Source: Sminthopsis crassicaudata (lineage: Eukaryota). From it: a stretch of 64,000 bases of DNA. The position numbers and the translations under genes were made by a program. Positions 25,112-38,000 of this stretch are shown here, one piece after another. How positions within the stretch are numbered: the stretch's first letter is position 1; every line of letters starts with the position of its first letter. The notes beneath the pieces are model-generated. The model did not search any database and was not told where the DNA came from. It was given only the letters and a program-made list of their open reading frames with translations. The stretch is taken from positions 301,515,146 through 301,579,145 of the forward strand of contig NC_133621.1 in NCBI RefSeq assembly GCF_048593235.1, in the 5' to 3' direction.

Positions 25112-28100
25112 ATGGGTCGTTTTTGAGTAAACCCTATCTGCTAATTATTCAAGAAACGTATTCCCCAATTTGATTTTTTTCCCCTCTACCTCTTGATTGA
25201 GGTATCATTTGAAAGTCAAATTCAGTGACCAAGTTTTAGTTTTGTGTTCGCAGGTATTTCTCTGGTGGCTTATCCGGTAAATAGGTTCTAGACTACGACC
25301 ATTAAAATTGATACCTCAGATTTAATCCAACTCATTTATACTTGGTTAGGAATCCACCCACCTACATCCACTCCCCAAATTTGACATCCAGCCTCAAATT
25401 GAAATCTTCTTGGATTGGAGACCTCAAGGAAACTTATGCCACCTTTCCCAGGATTCCCACATGTTGGGAGTGGGGTGGGGTGGAGACAAGAGGGGCTCAT
25501 ATCATCAGCTTTCCACCCGAGGCTGGGGAAGTGATAGAAGGCTACTAGTCCAGGGTTTTCTGCCTCTGTATCTCCTACCCCATTGCTCCCAATGCTTTCT
25601 TCTTGAGGCAAGTCTTCCATTTTACTCAGAACCCTGAGATCTCCTAAGGCCCACTTGTAGCCCAAGTGACTGTCTTGGTCACACTGCCTGAATTATTCAT
25701 GACCATCCATCTAGTGCCTAGACGCAAAGGCCAGACTCCACGACTGTCCCATCCTCTGTAGAATGAGGTCTGGCCTGCTTGGTTTCTGAGATCCTTTTCC
25801 ATTCCATCTATGATGAAGAAGATTTTTATGATAGCTTCTGTTTGCAAAAGTCCCTTGATTATTTTTCACATTAACAACCCATCCACCTTTCCTCAATCCA
25901 GTTCTTCAGCTTTAAATCTAAGTTTGAATGTTGCAGTGTTTATTGATTTGAATTTTGTTAGCTGAACTAATTTCAATAGCAAGGAAAAAGCCATATGCTT
26001 TCTTTTGCACAATTGGTATATGCAACACAGTGACCAGCTTTGCCCATTTGTTCCCCGAGTCTCAGTTTGCTAGACACCTTCCAGACAGGTGCCTGCTCCG
26101 TTTTGAATAGCCATAGTAAATGAAAATTTTCCCAAAGGTCAGTTTCTCATTGACCTTTTAATTGACATCTCTTCTTTCTGGTTCCAATTCTGTCATTCAA
26201 TGACTTGGGCATCTGTGTCACCTACAAAACCATAATGTATTTGATGCATTCTTTCAGCTACACCATTGATAAGCCAATTGGAGTGACTGTCATGGTCTTC
26301 GATCAGAGACTTTACTCTAGTGATCCACTGGTCCATCACTTGAGTTGGATTTGGGGTTTCTCCTGAATTCTTCTAATCCACTTCTGTCTGGTTCACATAA
26401 ATACTGAGAAATTTTGGAAACAGGACCTTCTGCTCTTCTGGACTCATAGCCAGGATGGGCAAGAGATGAGGCTGGTCCAGCAGGCGGGATTCATGCTTGC
26501 CTCTGCTTGACTAAACGTAGTTTCTCAGGGCCCCCAAAGTATCCCTTTAATTTACTCAGCATTTATTCAGTTCTGGTGTGGGTCAATGGAGAATAATACC
26601 AAGTGGAGAAAAGATTTAGACGTATAAAATAAGCCATGGAGATGGGGGAGAATGGGAGATGGTTTTAGATAACCATCTGGTTATAAAACAAGGGTGGTCC
26701 GGGGTGCTGGTAACGAGGAGGGCAAGTGTTTGGCAGATGGGTGATGATGAATTGGACCTTGGGTGCAAGAAAGAGCAAGTCCCTATTCTCCTCAAGCCCT
26801 CCCCTTCTAGTATAGCCCCTTGGGGTGCTCAGGAAGCCATTGAATTAGTTCATAGTAGTGGAGACAGCAGAGCCTGGGGAGAGCTTTGGTGTAGCAGGCT
26901 GGATGGAGGTGTCTGGGGAGAGGGGAGTGGGAGGAAGATGAGACGTATAGTGAGCAGTGGAGGGGGGGGGCGAGCCCTGGGAGCTCAGGGGCAATCTGCA
27001 GGAAGAGCGGGAAGCTAGACAGCCAGCCAGACGAGAGACCCAGCCTTGCTGTGTGTCCCTGTGCCTAGGTTATAGGAGAGGTTGGAGGTGTCCATCCCTT
27101 CTGTGAGTAAGGAGGGAGGGCAGAGCAGAGGGCAAGGATCGGCTGATGCTGATTCCAGAGCAGATCCTGGCGTCTCTGGCTCCTCTGCTTTCTGGTCAGT
27201 TCTTCCCACACCCATCCCTCCTCATAAAAGCCCTCACAAGGCCTGTCCTTCTCAAGCACTGCCGGAATAGCCTCCACAGGTCTTCCCTCCTCACTCCCCA
27301 AGATGTCTCCTTTACACGTCTGCTTAGTTCCCGGCATATGGTTTCTGTTAAAAAAAAAAAAAAAATCTTCAATTTTTCCACAAGCTTAATGGGGGGGGGG
27401 GTTAAATTGTATTTGCATGTTATTCCATGACAATGAGGTAGAAGTGAATTCAAAAAGAGGAAGCAAGGGGAAAACAGGATTGTCATTGGGTGGGATGACC
27501 TTTGTGGCAGGAGTGGAGATCTGGTTGTGTTTGTAAACCACCTGGACCAGGAAAGAATTGGTAAGAAGTGATGCACCCAGAGCTCTGATGGAGAGAGAGC
27601 TTAGAGGTGGGGTCTGCACCAAGGACTCATCTCCGAGGGCCCTCACGGTGTGGGCAGGACAGCGAAGCATTTGTGAATTTTGTTTTTAATTGGGATTATG
27701 GAATTACGGGTTTTCAGTCCTTTAGTCCAGCTTGACATGGGGGCCCCTGGGCATCCCACTAGGGACAAGACTAACAATCCTGACAGTCACCACCAGCCTC
27801 CAATGTTGCCTTTAAGCTGAGCATCCCTCACGTCACTGGTGTGTCCTCAGGGGCACGGTCTCCAGCTCTTTGTGCTTTAACGCTTATAAAAACCTTCTGA
27901 CTCTACTCACCACACACGTACAAATAAAAATCCATTGCATGCTCGCACAGCTGATGCTAAGCCCCCTTCCCCCCCAAAATGAGCTTTGAATTTCAAATTT
28001 TGTGCCTCTAGTTCTCACCTCTTTGCTTCTTACGCTCTTCTCATCCTCTCTTCTTTTCCTTTCCCTTTCATCTCCTTTCTCTCTTAACCCCTCATGGGTT

Positions 28101-29803
28101 GTGGTTAGTATAGACAGGTTGCTGGGTCTGCAGCTTTCTCACCTCATCACCACTTCCACATCTGGGCCTGGTTTTTTGTGTTTCGAGTATACCTTGTTTT
28201 CTGAAAGCTCCACGCTATTCCATTGCTCCACTGAAGGCTGAGGACTAGTGATCAGAGACTGATAGTTCTTCAACCATCATTGGATATGTGGATTGCATTC
28301 TAGAGAGCGCTTTTTTTCCCCTCGGTTCTCTTTGGGAATTCTTTGGCTATTCTAGGGCTGCTCAGCCAGTCCTCTGGTGCCTTCTTTGTGCTTGTTTCTT
28401 GCTTAGTTTTGATCGAGGTACCTATACGGCTGCATCTTTATGGTTAGCCAGAACTCTCCTTTGCCTTTGCATTGCATCTCTCTGTCCAAGGATGCATCTT
28501 AATGGTGATTCAATGATGTCATGATAACTTGGTTGATTAAGATTTGTCAGTAATCATTTCCTTCTTACTGATTAACAGCAAGGTCAGAATAGTCCTTCCT
28601 TTCTTCATTTCTTCTTCTTTGGAAAATAAATTGGGGAAACAGTAATCTGGATGCTTACTTGATCTAGAGGTTTCAGTGATGTCTATTGCCACGGCTGGAA
28701 AAAGAGCTCATGTGTTCAGAGTAAAAATTTTGGTACGCACTAAGTTTCAGAATATCACACCTTCCTGGCTTAGTTTTTCTCAGATGAATTTCTTATCAAG
28801 AGACAGTAAGCCAAAAGTATGGTCATCCTTATTGCATATGTGGTGAAATGAAAATTAAAATACACGACTCCCCTTGCTTCTCAGGAGAATCAAATATTTG
28901 ACTTTGGTCATGGTAGTGGTAGAGGCTAGACCTTCAATTAGCCAAAGAAAGTTGGTGATCTTTAGTAGGTGCTTAGTAACTGTCTGGGGTGACGTGTGCG
29001 GAGAGAGAGGGAACCCTTTTGTTGGTCTGGTCCCAGGTAATATTTTCTGAAACAAGCCAGCAGGGTCCCTCAAGTTGTGATGCCTTCTTGAACCGACCCT
29101 TAGTGAATAAAAGAAGTCTGACGATTTGCTCCATTCAGTTGTGTGGGAGATCCAAGGAATAGATAACAATTGTGACAACAGAAGACTGTATAGAAAGGAG
29201 TGTTAATCCTATACCATATACCTTCCTTGTAGACTTTCAGAACTGCAGTTCAAAGTGAATACATGAAGGGACTTTGGCAAGCCTGAGGGAGAACCTTTGA
29301 GGCCCTATGGAGGTGGGGATGCTATGTAGGGGCCTGAGAAGAGAAATAGAGTTGGGACTTGATGGCTGAGGATCTGGAGAACCTTATAGAGAACCAAGAG
29401 GAGCACCTGTTGTGTGCTTTTTTTCCCCCCCTTTCTCCTTTTCTCTAATAAGATTCATGTAATAGACCTGCAAATAGGGAGATCACGTGTCCTAAGGATC
29501 AAGACCTTGGCTTTTATGCTATCCTTAAGAGTATAAGGATTTTGAGGGAGTTTCTTGTCTCCAATTTTTGCTTTTCTGTAGCTGGAGAAGAAAACCTCTT
29601 GGGAGGTTGGTTGAGTCAGGTTTGTATGATTGCCTACATTGGTTACAGGCTTTGGATGTTTGTGGAGTAGATGACAGATGCCCTTCTTTATAGGCATGAA
29701 GTTACCATGTTGCTTGACTTGATCTTTGCTTACTACACAAAAGAACCAGCAGACATTTTTTATTTTAAAAAAATCTTCCTTCCTTTCCACTTCTTCCCTT
29801 TAG

Positions 29804-29917
29804 TGGCACATTGTGCTTCTTCAAGACAAATCATCTCACACTGGAAGAATTGCACAAGGCACGACTGTCCTGTGTGTTTGCCCCTCAAAAATGCTGGGGA
29901 TAAAAGAAATCAACAAT
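29804..29917 (+). CDS. EP300: EP300 exon 5 (TAZ1, C-terminal part)
   Basis: tag|TGGCACAT ... CAACAAT|gtaagc; 114 nt; [38 protein letters not shown]. Confidence 0.97.
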
Positions 29918-30564
29918 GTAAGCCATCCGTCTCACTGCTTTTGTTCTTTATTATATAGTTTTTCATGAAATCTAATGTGGAATTCAGGAGTCCAGATGTT
30001 TAAATTGTGAAGTCTTGTGCACAGTTGAAGAAAGGAAAGTGTCTTCTTTTCTAGGTTTCAACCGTCCTTTTCTTTCATATTTCTGAACACTATGAAGTTG
30101 ATAATTCTTGTTGGCACCAGAATAAACAAAATTCGGAATCCTTATATTTTTCCCAAGTTAAATAATTAGTTCTCAAATCTAATATTGTTCTGTAAAATTG
30201 GAAAATAGAGAAGAGGCTGTTGAATAGAACAAGATAGGATACCTTTCTTTTAGGACATTTAAATTGCAAATCCACCAAAGGCACACTTAGGTCCTGCCCT
30301 TCCCACTGTCAGTCTTTATTATTATAAGCCTAGCCTTGAGGTACACGATATTTTTGGATCAATTAAAAGTCCTGAGGAAAAACACTGACAATTACTGTGT
30401 AGAGTTTGCAGATCCCCCTGTGGGTGCTCATAGTATTGTCTGCTATGTCCACTTAGAAATAGCATTCATGAGAGGCGAGGTTTTTGAAGACCTTTTTCCA
30501 TTTTAAAGTCTGATCAAGTGGAAGAGCCCAAATTTTATTGGTCCTCCATCACTTTTTAATCTAT

Positions 30565-30710
30565 GAGGCTACATGACAGTGGATAGAAAACTGGGCTTAG
30601 AGCCAGGAAGATCCGAGTTCAAATCCTTCCTTTGACACCAGCAGAGCCTCAGTGTTCTCCTTGGCCAATGACACCTGGAGGTGCTTAGGTCCCTCTCAGC
30701 AGGGTTGGAG
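30565..30710 (+). mobile_element. CORE-SINE (MIR/Mar-like)
   Basis: acagtggataga..caggaagatccgagttcaaatcc head. Confidence 0.75.
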
Positions 30711-31081
30711 ATCACTAGCGGGCCCCTCCCCCTGACACATACACGCCACACCCACACATATACACTTACACACATATACATACATATACACATACACACT
30801 CACTTGGTGATCACAAAGCATCAAGAAGGTCCCAGTCACTTGTTTAATATCATTTTGATCTGCCAGCAGACCAGAGGCTGATTTTCTTATTATCCATTAT
30901 CAGTTCTTTAGACCCCAAAACTCAGTGCTTTTTGGGGGGGAGGGAAGGAAGGTAGGGGAGGTTGGCAGATTTTATGTTTTTGTTTTTACTTTTGAAAGAA
31001 TTGAAGGTGGAATACGCTGGCTATTTGGTCCTAACTACAACTTCCTTATGATATTTTAACATGTTCTACTTCCTTCCTTAG

Positions 31082-31318
31082 CAATATTGACCGGCGCTTC
31101 AGTGGGCATTGGAAATGCTGGTTCTGTAGGGGTGGGTCAGCAAAATACTCCCAGCCTAAACCCTCCCAGTCAGATTGATCCCAGCTCCATAGAGCGGGCA
31201 TATGCAGCTCTCGGCCTAACCTATCAAGGAAACCAGATGCAGACTCAGCCGCAAGCTCCGGTGAAGAATCAGCAGCCAGGGCAGCCAGCCCAGGGCATGC
31301 GCCCCATGAACGCCTTGA
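31082..31318 (+). CDS. EP300: EP300 exon 6
   Basis: tag|CAATATTG ... GCCTTGA|gtaagt; 237 nt; QIDPSSIERAYAALGL. Confidence 0.95.
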
Positions 31319-33289
31319 GTAAGTGCACCCCTCCTTGCTTCAAATGCCTGGTGCCCTGGTCTTATGTGGAACACCTCTGTCGTCATCGGGTTTTTGTGTA
31401 GCCTAGTCAGTTAGATACTTGTTGGAATACATAGATTTACAGAGTCCGTTGTGATAGACATGGGGGGGGGTCAGAGAATGGGGCAGCAGGGGAGCTCATA
31501 TGCCAGGTGGGCACTAACTTAACTGATACTATAGTTGCCAGTTAATTTTTGTTGACAAAATTTTTGTATCACCAAAAGTTATTACCCCTCTTTTTTCCCT
31601 TACTAGAGCAAAATGTTCATTGTATCAGAGACTTTGTACCACATCCTTGGATTTCCCAACTTTCCCTTCTTTGGAACCATGCTTGTTCTTTGTCTTGTTG
31701 CAATGTTTGCTGGGGGGTTTTAGTTTTGTTTTGTTTGCTTTTTGTTTGTTTTTGTTTTGTATCATTTTGTTTTTCTTTTTTCTTTTTTTTTTTTTTTTTT
31801 TTCCTTAAGTGTTCAGCAAGTCATTCCATAGTTAATGAGACAAATAACTACGTTTCATATCCTTTTCTCTCATTATGTTACCCTACGTGAACAAACTGTT
31901 GAAAATGCTAGGATGGGGTATTTGACAAACTTGTTATATCATTACCTTTATTCAAACAGAACTCGCTTGATTCAGGTAGAAATAATAGTTTTCTGACATT
32001 TTATAGGCCCTTAAGCCACCTTTTAATTATGTTTCCATATGTTGCAATGGGTTAAGCCATTCTGGCCCTTAGAGATCCTAACTTTCTCCAGCTGTCATAC
32101 AGCTAAGACTAGAGGGAAGGTCAGAAATTAATTGGCTTTCTTCTGCACCATAATCTGGGACCTTTTTTTCCACAGCCATGTTTCCTCAGTAACCCACTGC
32201 AGTTTTTTGTTTTGTTTTTTGCATTTAAAAAAATTTTAATTTGTATTTTTAAAAACCTGAGAAAGGCTTCCAAGGATTCTCCAGACTGCCAGTGGGTGCA
32301 GGACACAACAGGTGAAGAAATCCTTCACTTCCTCATATATTGTCCAGTGTTGAATTTGAATGGTCCCTAAGGAAGCACTGGGACCTTTACTCTATACAAC
32401 CTGCTCTCTGACCTTTTTCATTTTAAGCCTCGCTGAGATCACTGATTTGCTTAAGATCGACCGACGTTTTATCGACACCTGGTTTCTGCATTTTTATCTG
32501 AATTGTCTTCTGATTGCTTAAAATGTAGTTAGTTCCCAGACTATAAACCCTTAAAATCAATTCTTGAAAGACATTTCTTAGTGTTGGAACTAACAGTCCT
32601 GCCAGGGTGGGAGTGAGGAGCTTAGAACATAAAGGCAATCGCTGCAAGGGTTTCAAGCTTTTCAACAAGCCTGCTATTTTGCATACATATATGCTTGCAT
32701 GCATATGAAACATGAAAAATACAAATTTACTATAATGACTACTTGACTAAGATTCATGTATTCATTTAAACAGTGGAGCCTGCAAAGTACGTCTAAAATG
32801 GGCTTGGATTTACACAAATCTTCAAGAATGTCAATCAAGGTATCTGAAGCTTAGATTAGATATGTCTCTTTGTCAAATTAATAGAGCTTACCTGAGGAAT
32901 GATATTAAGGTACCACCAAAAGCTGAGCCGTTGCCATTTCCAAAATCGTTGTTTAATTTGTCTGCTTGCCAATCTGCCCCCTCCCTCTCCCACACTCCCA
33001 CTTCCATTTCAGTGCTTCCCCAGTTTCAGTCCATCCATCCTGTCACATCCAGGACAAGCATTCTTTCCCTCCTTCTCCCCTCACTCTTCACAGCTCTGGT
33101 TTTTAAGCTGGGAGGAACACCAGAAGTTGTTTAAGGTCATACAGGTTGTGAGCAGGACAGAGCATTTTTAAAGAACTTTTATCACCCTTCTTGCCCCATC
33201 TTAGTTCACCATTCTATTGACTTTCTTCACTTTGCCTTTGGAAATTCTTATTCTCTTCCTAACACCCTTAAATGCTAAAGACATTTTTC

Positions 33290-34650
33290 TGTCTCCCTCT
33301 TTACTTTAAAAATGTCTTAATCATCATCCCATGAGAGCCTCTCCATTGGAGACTGTTCTTTCCCATTTCTCTATTAATAATGGCCAAGGAAGAAATACCC
33401 CTTGCTTACCTCATTGTCTTCTTAAACCTTTGGTCCTTAATCCCCATTCCTCCTTTGCCCACCACATCCAGTTACTACATTATCCTCCCCACCCTCAGTG
33501 CTATTCTTCTCTTTACTACTTCTGGGATGACTTAAGCGCCTAGGCTAGTTCTTGGCTCTTCCACTCCTGTCTGTGTTATTGGAAAGTTTTTTTAATCATG
33601 TTGAAATGTTGACTCCCTTCTTCTATCTTCCTCCATGTCAGCTGCATATTGGCAAGCTTTTCGTGTACCTTACATGGTACCACCATCCACCCTGGTTGAC
33701 CATTTTTGTTCCTTGCTAATAAGGCTTAGTGATCCTGATTGTCCTCTTACCTGCCTGGTTGCTCTTCCCACTTTACTTTCTTGCTTCATCATACACATCG
33801 GGTCTTTTAGAATGAATTTTAGAATAATCCACTTCTCGGGTTTCATCAGGGGAAAAAAAAATCGACATCTACACCAAACCCAACTTCAGTTCCATATTAC
33901 CAGCTGCCAATTGGGCATTTCAAATGGGGTGTCCCAAAGACCTTTTAACATCTAAATTTAAACTCATTCTTTGCCCTTGCATTCTTCCAATGTAAATTAG
34001 CCAAATCTCCTCATGGTGCTTCTTTCCAAGCATCCAATCGCCTGCCATATTTCTTTTTACTCCATTCCCACCTATTACCTAGTGCAGGTCTGAACACATC
34101 TCTCTGACAATGCTGCCACCTCAGTGTGGTGGTGATGGGGACATCCTCCTGGTGTCTCCATGCCTCCAGTCTTTATATTGTTTAAGGTCTGCTCTTCAGA
34201 CTTTAAGGAAAACTCAGTCTGGCTCCTATCAGCTAATTCTGGTGGTTTCTTGTCGACTCAGGCACAAAAGATGAATTATTTTATCTTTTAAGTATCACCG
34301 ATCTTTCTAGCCTTATTAGACATTCCTCCTTTCTCAAACTCTGCTTGCTCTCCAAATTGGCCCTTTTTCTGTGTCTTGTCCCTGTGCCTTTGCCCTGGTT
34401 CTCCCCCATTCCTGGAATGCATTGCTTCTCTTTCTTTATGACATTGTATTCTGCATGGAGCTTTTTCTGGTCCCACTCCCAAACCACCTTCAGTTGTTTA
34501 CCTGTTTGAATTTATACTTCTGCTGCGTATTTTCCCATGTTCTTGTTAACTTCCTCTGTTATAACGTAAGCTCTTCACAAATAGAGATTGTTTAATTTTT
34601 GTGCTTGGATCCAACTAGTGTACATAGACACTTAATAAGATACTTGTTAA
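33290..34650 (+). mobile_element. Degraded L2 LINE
   Basis: Long pyrimidine-rich L2-like tract ending gacacttaataagatacttgtt. Boundaries approximate. Confidence 0.6.
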
Positions 34651-35486
34651 TAGGTTGGTGGAGCTGGACCTAGTAAGGATCTGGACCCATAAAGGTACCC
34701 ACCCACCACAGGAAAGAGAGTAGCAAGCCAAAGAACTCTGCTTTAGGCTGTGTAGCTATTCCTAGGTAAAGACCAAGTCCAATGGGGTCTCCCTATCCAT
34801 CTATGGAGCCCAAGAGGTTTATAAAGTGTATGTCAGAAGTATCTGGTTGTTATTGTTCTCAGCAAAGCTCTATCTCCACTTTTACTCATCAAGTTCTCAC
34901 TCATTTGTTCTTTCTCCCCAGTTTTTATTCTATATACTCTCTTTTCAGATTTCTTGATGTTGAAGGGAATGATTTCCCATTGACTGTTGTTTTTTTTTTT
35001 TTGTGAGCCTCATTATACACAACCTAAAACAACATATCACTTGTCTTGCTTGTTCTATTGGCTTTCTGGCTTTGAAAAGACCCACTAGAGGCTGTCTATA
35101 GTATGCCAGAGGGCAATCTACCCTACACCTTTTGACACTGCTTCTTTTGCCTGAGAACAAAACTGTGTTGAAAGACACTGGCCTTTTTTTCCCCCCCAAT
35201 AGCTCTCTTTGTAACAATTTGCAATGAGAACTGTTGGATTGTGGGTAAGCATGTCCCTTCTTCAAACTAATAGCTATGTATGCTGAGAAAGGGTGTAGAG
35301 ATCAGATGACCAAATAGAGGGGAAAAGTGAAAATTGAAGCAGTTGAGTTTTAGTAAAATATTTTGAAGGCAATGTTCCTACAATCTTTGGAGTATTAGCT
35401 CTGATTTTTAACTGCAGGAAAAAGGTAGCTTAATGTGATTATTCCTGAAGCAGTTTTAAATGATGTTATGTTGACTTATTTACCAG

Positions 35487-35580
35487 GTGCCAGTCCTATG
35501 GGTGTGAATGGAGGTGTAGGGGTTCAGCCATCTAATCTGCTTCCTGACGCAATGATGCATTCAACCATGAATTCTCAAAA
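35487..35580 (+). CDS. EP300: EP300 exon 7
   Basis: cag|GTGCCAGT ... TCTCAAAA|gtaagt; 94 nt; ASPMGVNGGVGVQPSNLLPDAMMHSTMNSQ. Confidence 0.93.
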
Positions 35581-36032
35581 GTAAGTAACTTCGGTTCATA
35601 ATCTGTTCCTAATATTTGGTTTATAAGTGGTTGTTTATTGATTCTTTTGTTCCTTGGACTTGAAGACTCTCTCTGTTGAGATAAGTCATTCTTAAATTAG
35701 GAGTTGTTAAAATCTAATTCAACCTAGTCCCAGGGGAATTGGAATGACAAAGCTACTTTCCTGGTGTACCTGTATCTTGCTGAATACTATACACCACCTT
35801 ATTTAGTGACAAATGAGAAGGGGTTCACATATTTGTTAAAACTGTGGGAAAGCACCGCTTTCTAGCTCAAAACTTGAGGAGGTTGGATTTTTGTTTTTGT
35901 TTTGTTTTTAAAAGATCCAATTATTTGTTCTCTGTGAATTATAGCAATCATCAGGAGAGTTCTTTGTCTCAAATAGTGTCTTTTCCTATTCCTTCTCCTT
36001 AATGTAAACTGTTTTATCGATTTTTCTTATAG

Positions 36033-36170
36033 CCCAATGATGAATGAAAATGCTGGTGTTGCCAATCTGGGGGCTCTGCCAGCAGCCAACCAGCCAGCTA
36101 ACGCTGGAATCCGGAAGCAGTGGCATGAAGATATTACCCAGGATCTTCGGAATCATCTTGTTCATAAACT
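36033..36170 (+). CDS. EP300: EP300 exon 8 (KIX start)
   Basis: tag|CCCAATG ... AAACT|gtaagt; 138 nt; GIRKQWHEDITQDLRNHLVHKL. Confidence 0.97.
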
Positions 36171-36628
36171 GTAAGTTGATGGGAAAGTCAGCTACCTGAC
36201 TGAGCACATGCTCATCGCCTCAGCCCGGCTCTGCTACTCTCCCAACTATTTTGGGACCTCTCCTTTGGCCCCATTTCTCTTCCTTTACCATTATATTGTC
36301 TGCTCACCTTACCACCAGTTTATAGCTGCTTCAGCCAAAAAAAAGCCCGATTGGTGCATTTCCTTCAGCTCTCGTCCTTTCCTGCCACACAGAAAACAGT
36401 ATCAGAAGAAGAGGAATTGTATTATTTCTGTTAAGTTGTGTGTGTGCGCGCCTGTGCATGTTTTGAAAATGCTGGATTGATATTCTACCAATGTACTCTA
36501 TTTTAAAGTGGTAGGTGGTACAGTGGGTAGGGTGCCAGCCTCAGTCAGGAAAAAGGCTTAAGTTCATAGCCAGCTTCAGAATACTATCTTTGATATTGGA
36601 CAAGTCAGTTTCCTATTTCTACCCTCAG

Positions 36629-36746
36629 TGTCCAAGCCATATTCCCAACCCCGGATCCCGCTGCTCTCAAAGACAGGCGGATGGAGAACCTGGTTGCTTA
36701 TGCTCGGAAAGTGGAGGGAGACATGTATGAATCTGCGAATAGTCGG
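36629..36746 (+). CDS. EP300: EP300 exon 9 (KIX)
   Basis: cag|TGTCCAAG ... AGTCGG|gtgagt; 118 nt; [39 protein letters not shown]. Confidence 0.97.
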
Positions 36747-37152
36747 GTGAGTCTCCCCCTCGGGCCCTTGAGTCCCTCCTCCCTGTTCTGGGGGACTCGT
36801 TTTTTGTGGAGCGTTTGCTTTATCGTATCTACAGACACCTCTCTTTCTGCACAAAGCAGATGCATCTTCTGTTAGCACTTAGGTGTGTTTTCAGGTGCTC
36901 TAAATCCCACGTGGAAGATGGAGCTACTTTCTAAAGCTCCAAATTTAAATACTAATGCACATTGTAAAGCCAATTACTAAGTGTTTGCCATGTTGGTGGG
37001 AAAACTGCACCCACTCACTGCTCTGAAGGAACATGGTCTAAACTCCTTCCCTTGGCCTGTGTCAGCCTCTAGATAGATCTATTCAGTCTATTTTCCCATT
37101 TCCTCACTGGCACTGAATAACGTTCTCTTTTTCTTTCTCAAACGATGAAAAG

Positions 37153-37327
37153 GCTGAGTACTATCACCTTCTCGCTGAAAAGATCTACAAGATTCAGAAG
37201 GAACTGGAGGAGAAACGCCGTACTAGGCTCCAAAAACAGAACCTGATGCCTACTGGCCCCGGCCTAGCGCCCCCTTCCATGAGTCAGGGGCCCAGCCTGG
37301 GGCCCCCACCGCCCACCATGGCTGCCA
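37153..37327 (+). CDS. EP300: EP300 exon 10 (KIX end)
   Basis: aag|GCTGAGTAC ... GCTGCCA|gtgagt; 175 nt; AEYYHLLAEKIYKIQKELEEKRRTRLQKQ. Confidence 0.96.
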
Positions 37328-37499
37328 GTGAGTGCTTCTCTGGGGTCATGTTTGACTTTTTGGGTGGGCATGCCTTAAGTTTGAAGGTTATCTGTGCTAC
37401 TACCAAACAACTACAAGAATTGATGGCTACTATAAGCTGTGTCTGTACCTTCTGGCAAGTGAGGACAGAACTCATCATTTTTAATGGCTCCGGGAATAC

Positions 37500-38000
37500 A
37501 ATAGTCTGGGGTCAGAGAAGGGATGGAATAGGGAAGTAGAATGAATTGAAGTGGTCTTGGACACAACTGGGTTGAGATGATGTCCCCTGTTGAGTTGGAG
37601 CTACAATCCTGGAGGTCAAGAAGGGGCATAGAATGGTACATGGCAGAGAATTGGGGGGGGGGCAGCAAAAAGACAAAGGCTCACACCCAGGTAATTAGGA
37701 AAGGGAGAGGCAACATAATGAGTTCACTTTTGGACATAGTGAGTTTCAGTATAGTTATGTGGAAAATACCAGACTCAAAAGTGGTGAAGGCTGACTACAT
37801 TGGTCTGAGAATCACTGGTGTCCATGGGAACTGATGAATCCACTGAGGGAGCAGAGAGAAGGCCCAGCCTTAGCAAGCAGGATTTAAATGCATATTCACC
37901 AAAAAGACCAGAGCCAGAAGGGTCAGGCAGGGAGGAGGCCAGAAAGGAGCTAGCACAAGAGAGTGATTGAAGGGTCAGAGGCTGCAGGCAGGTTCACAGG
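37500..38000 (-). mobile_element. Degraded L2 LINE fragment
   Basis: Purine-rich antisense L2-like sequence (gagtttcagt, ggtctgagaatcactggtgtc). Boundaries approximate. Confidence 0.5.
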
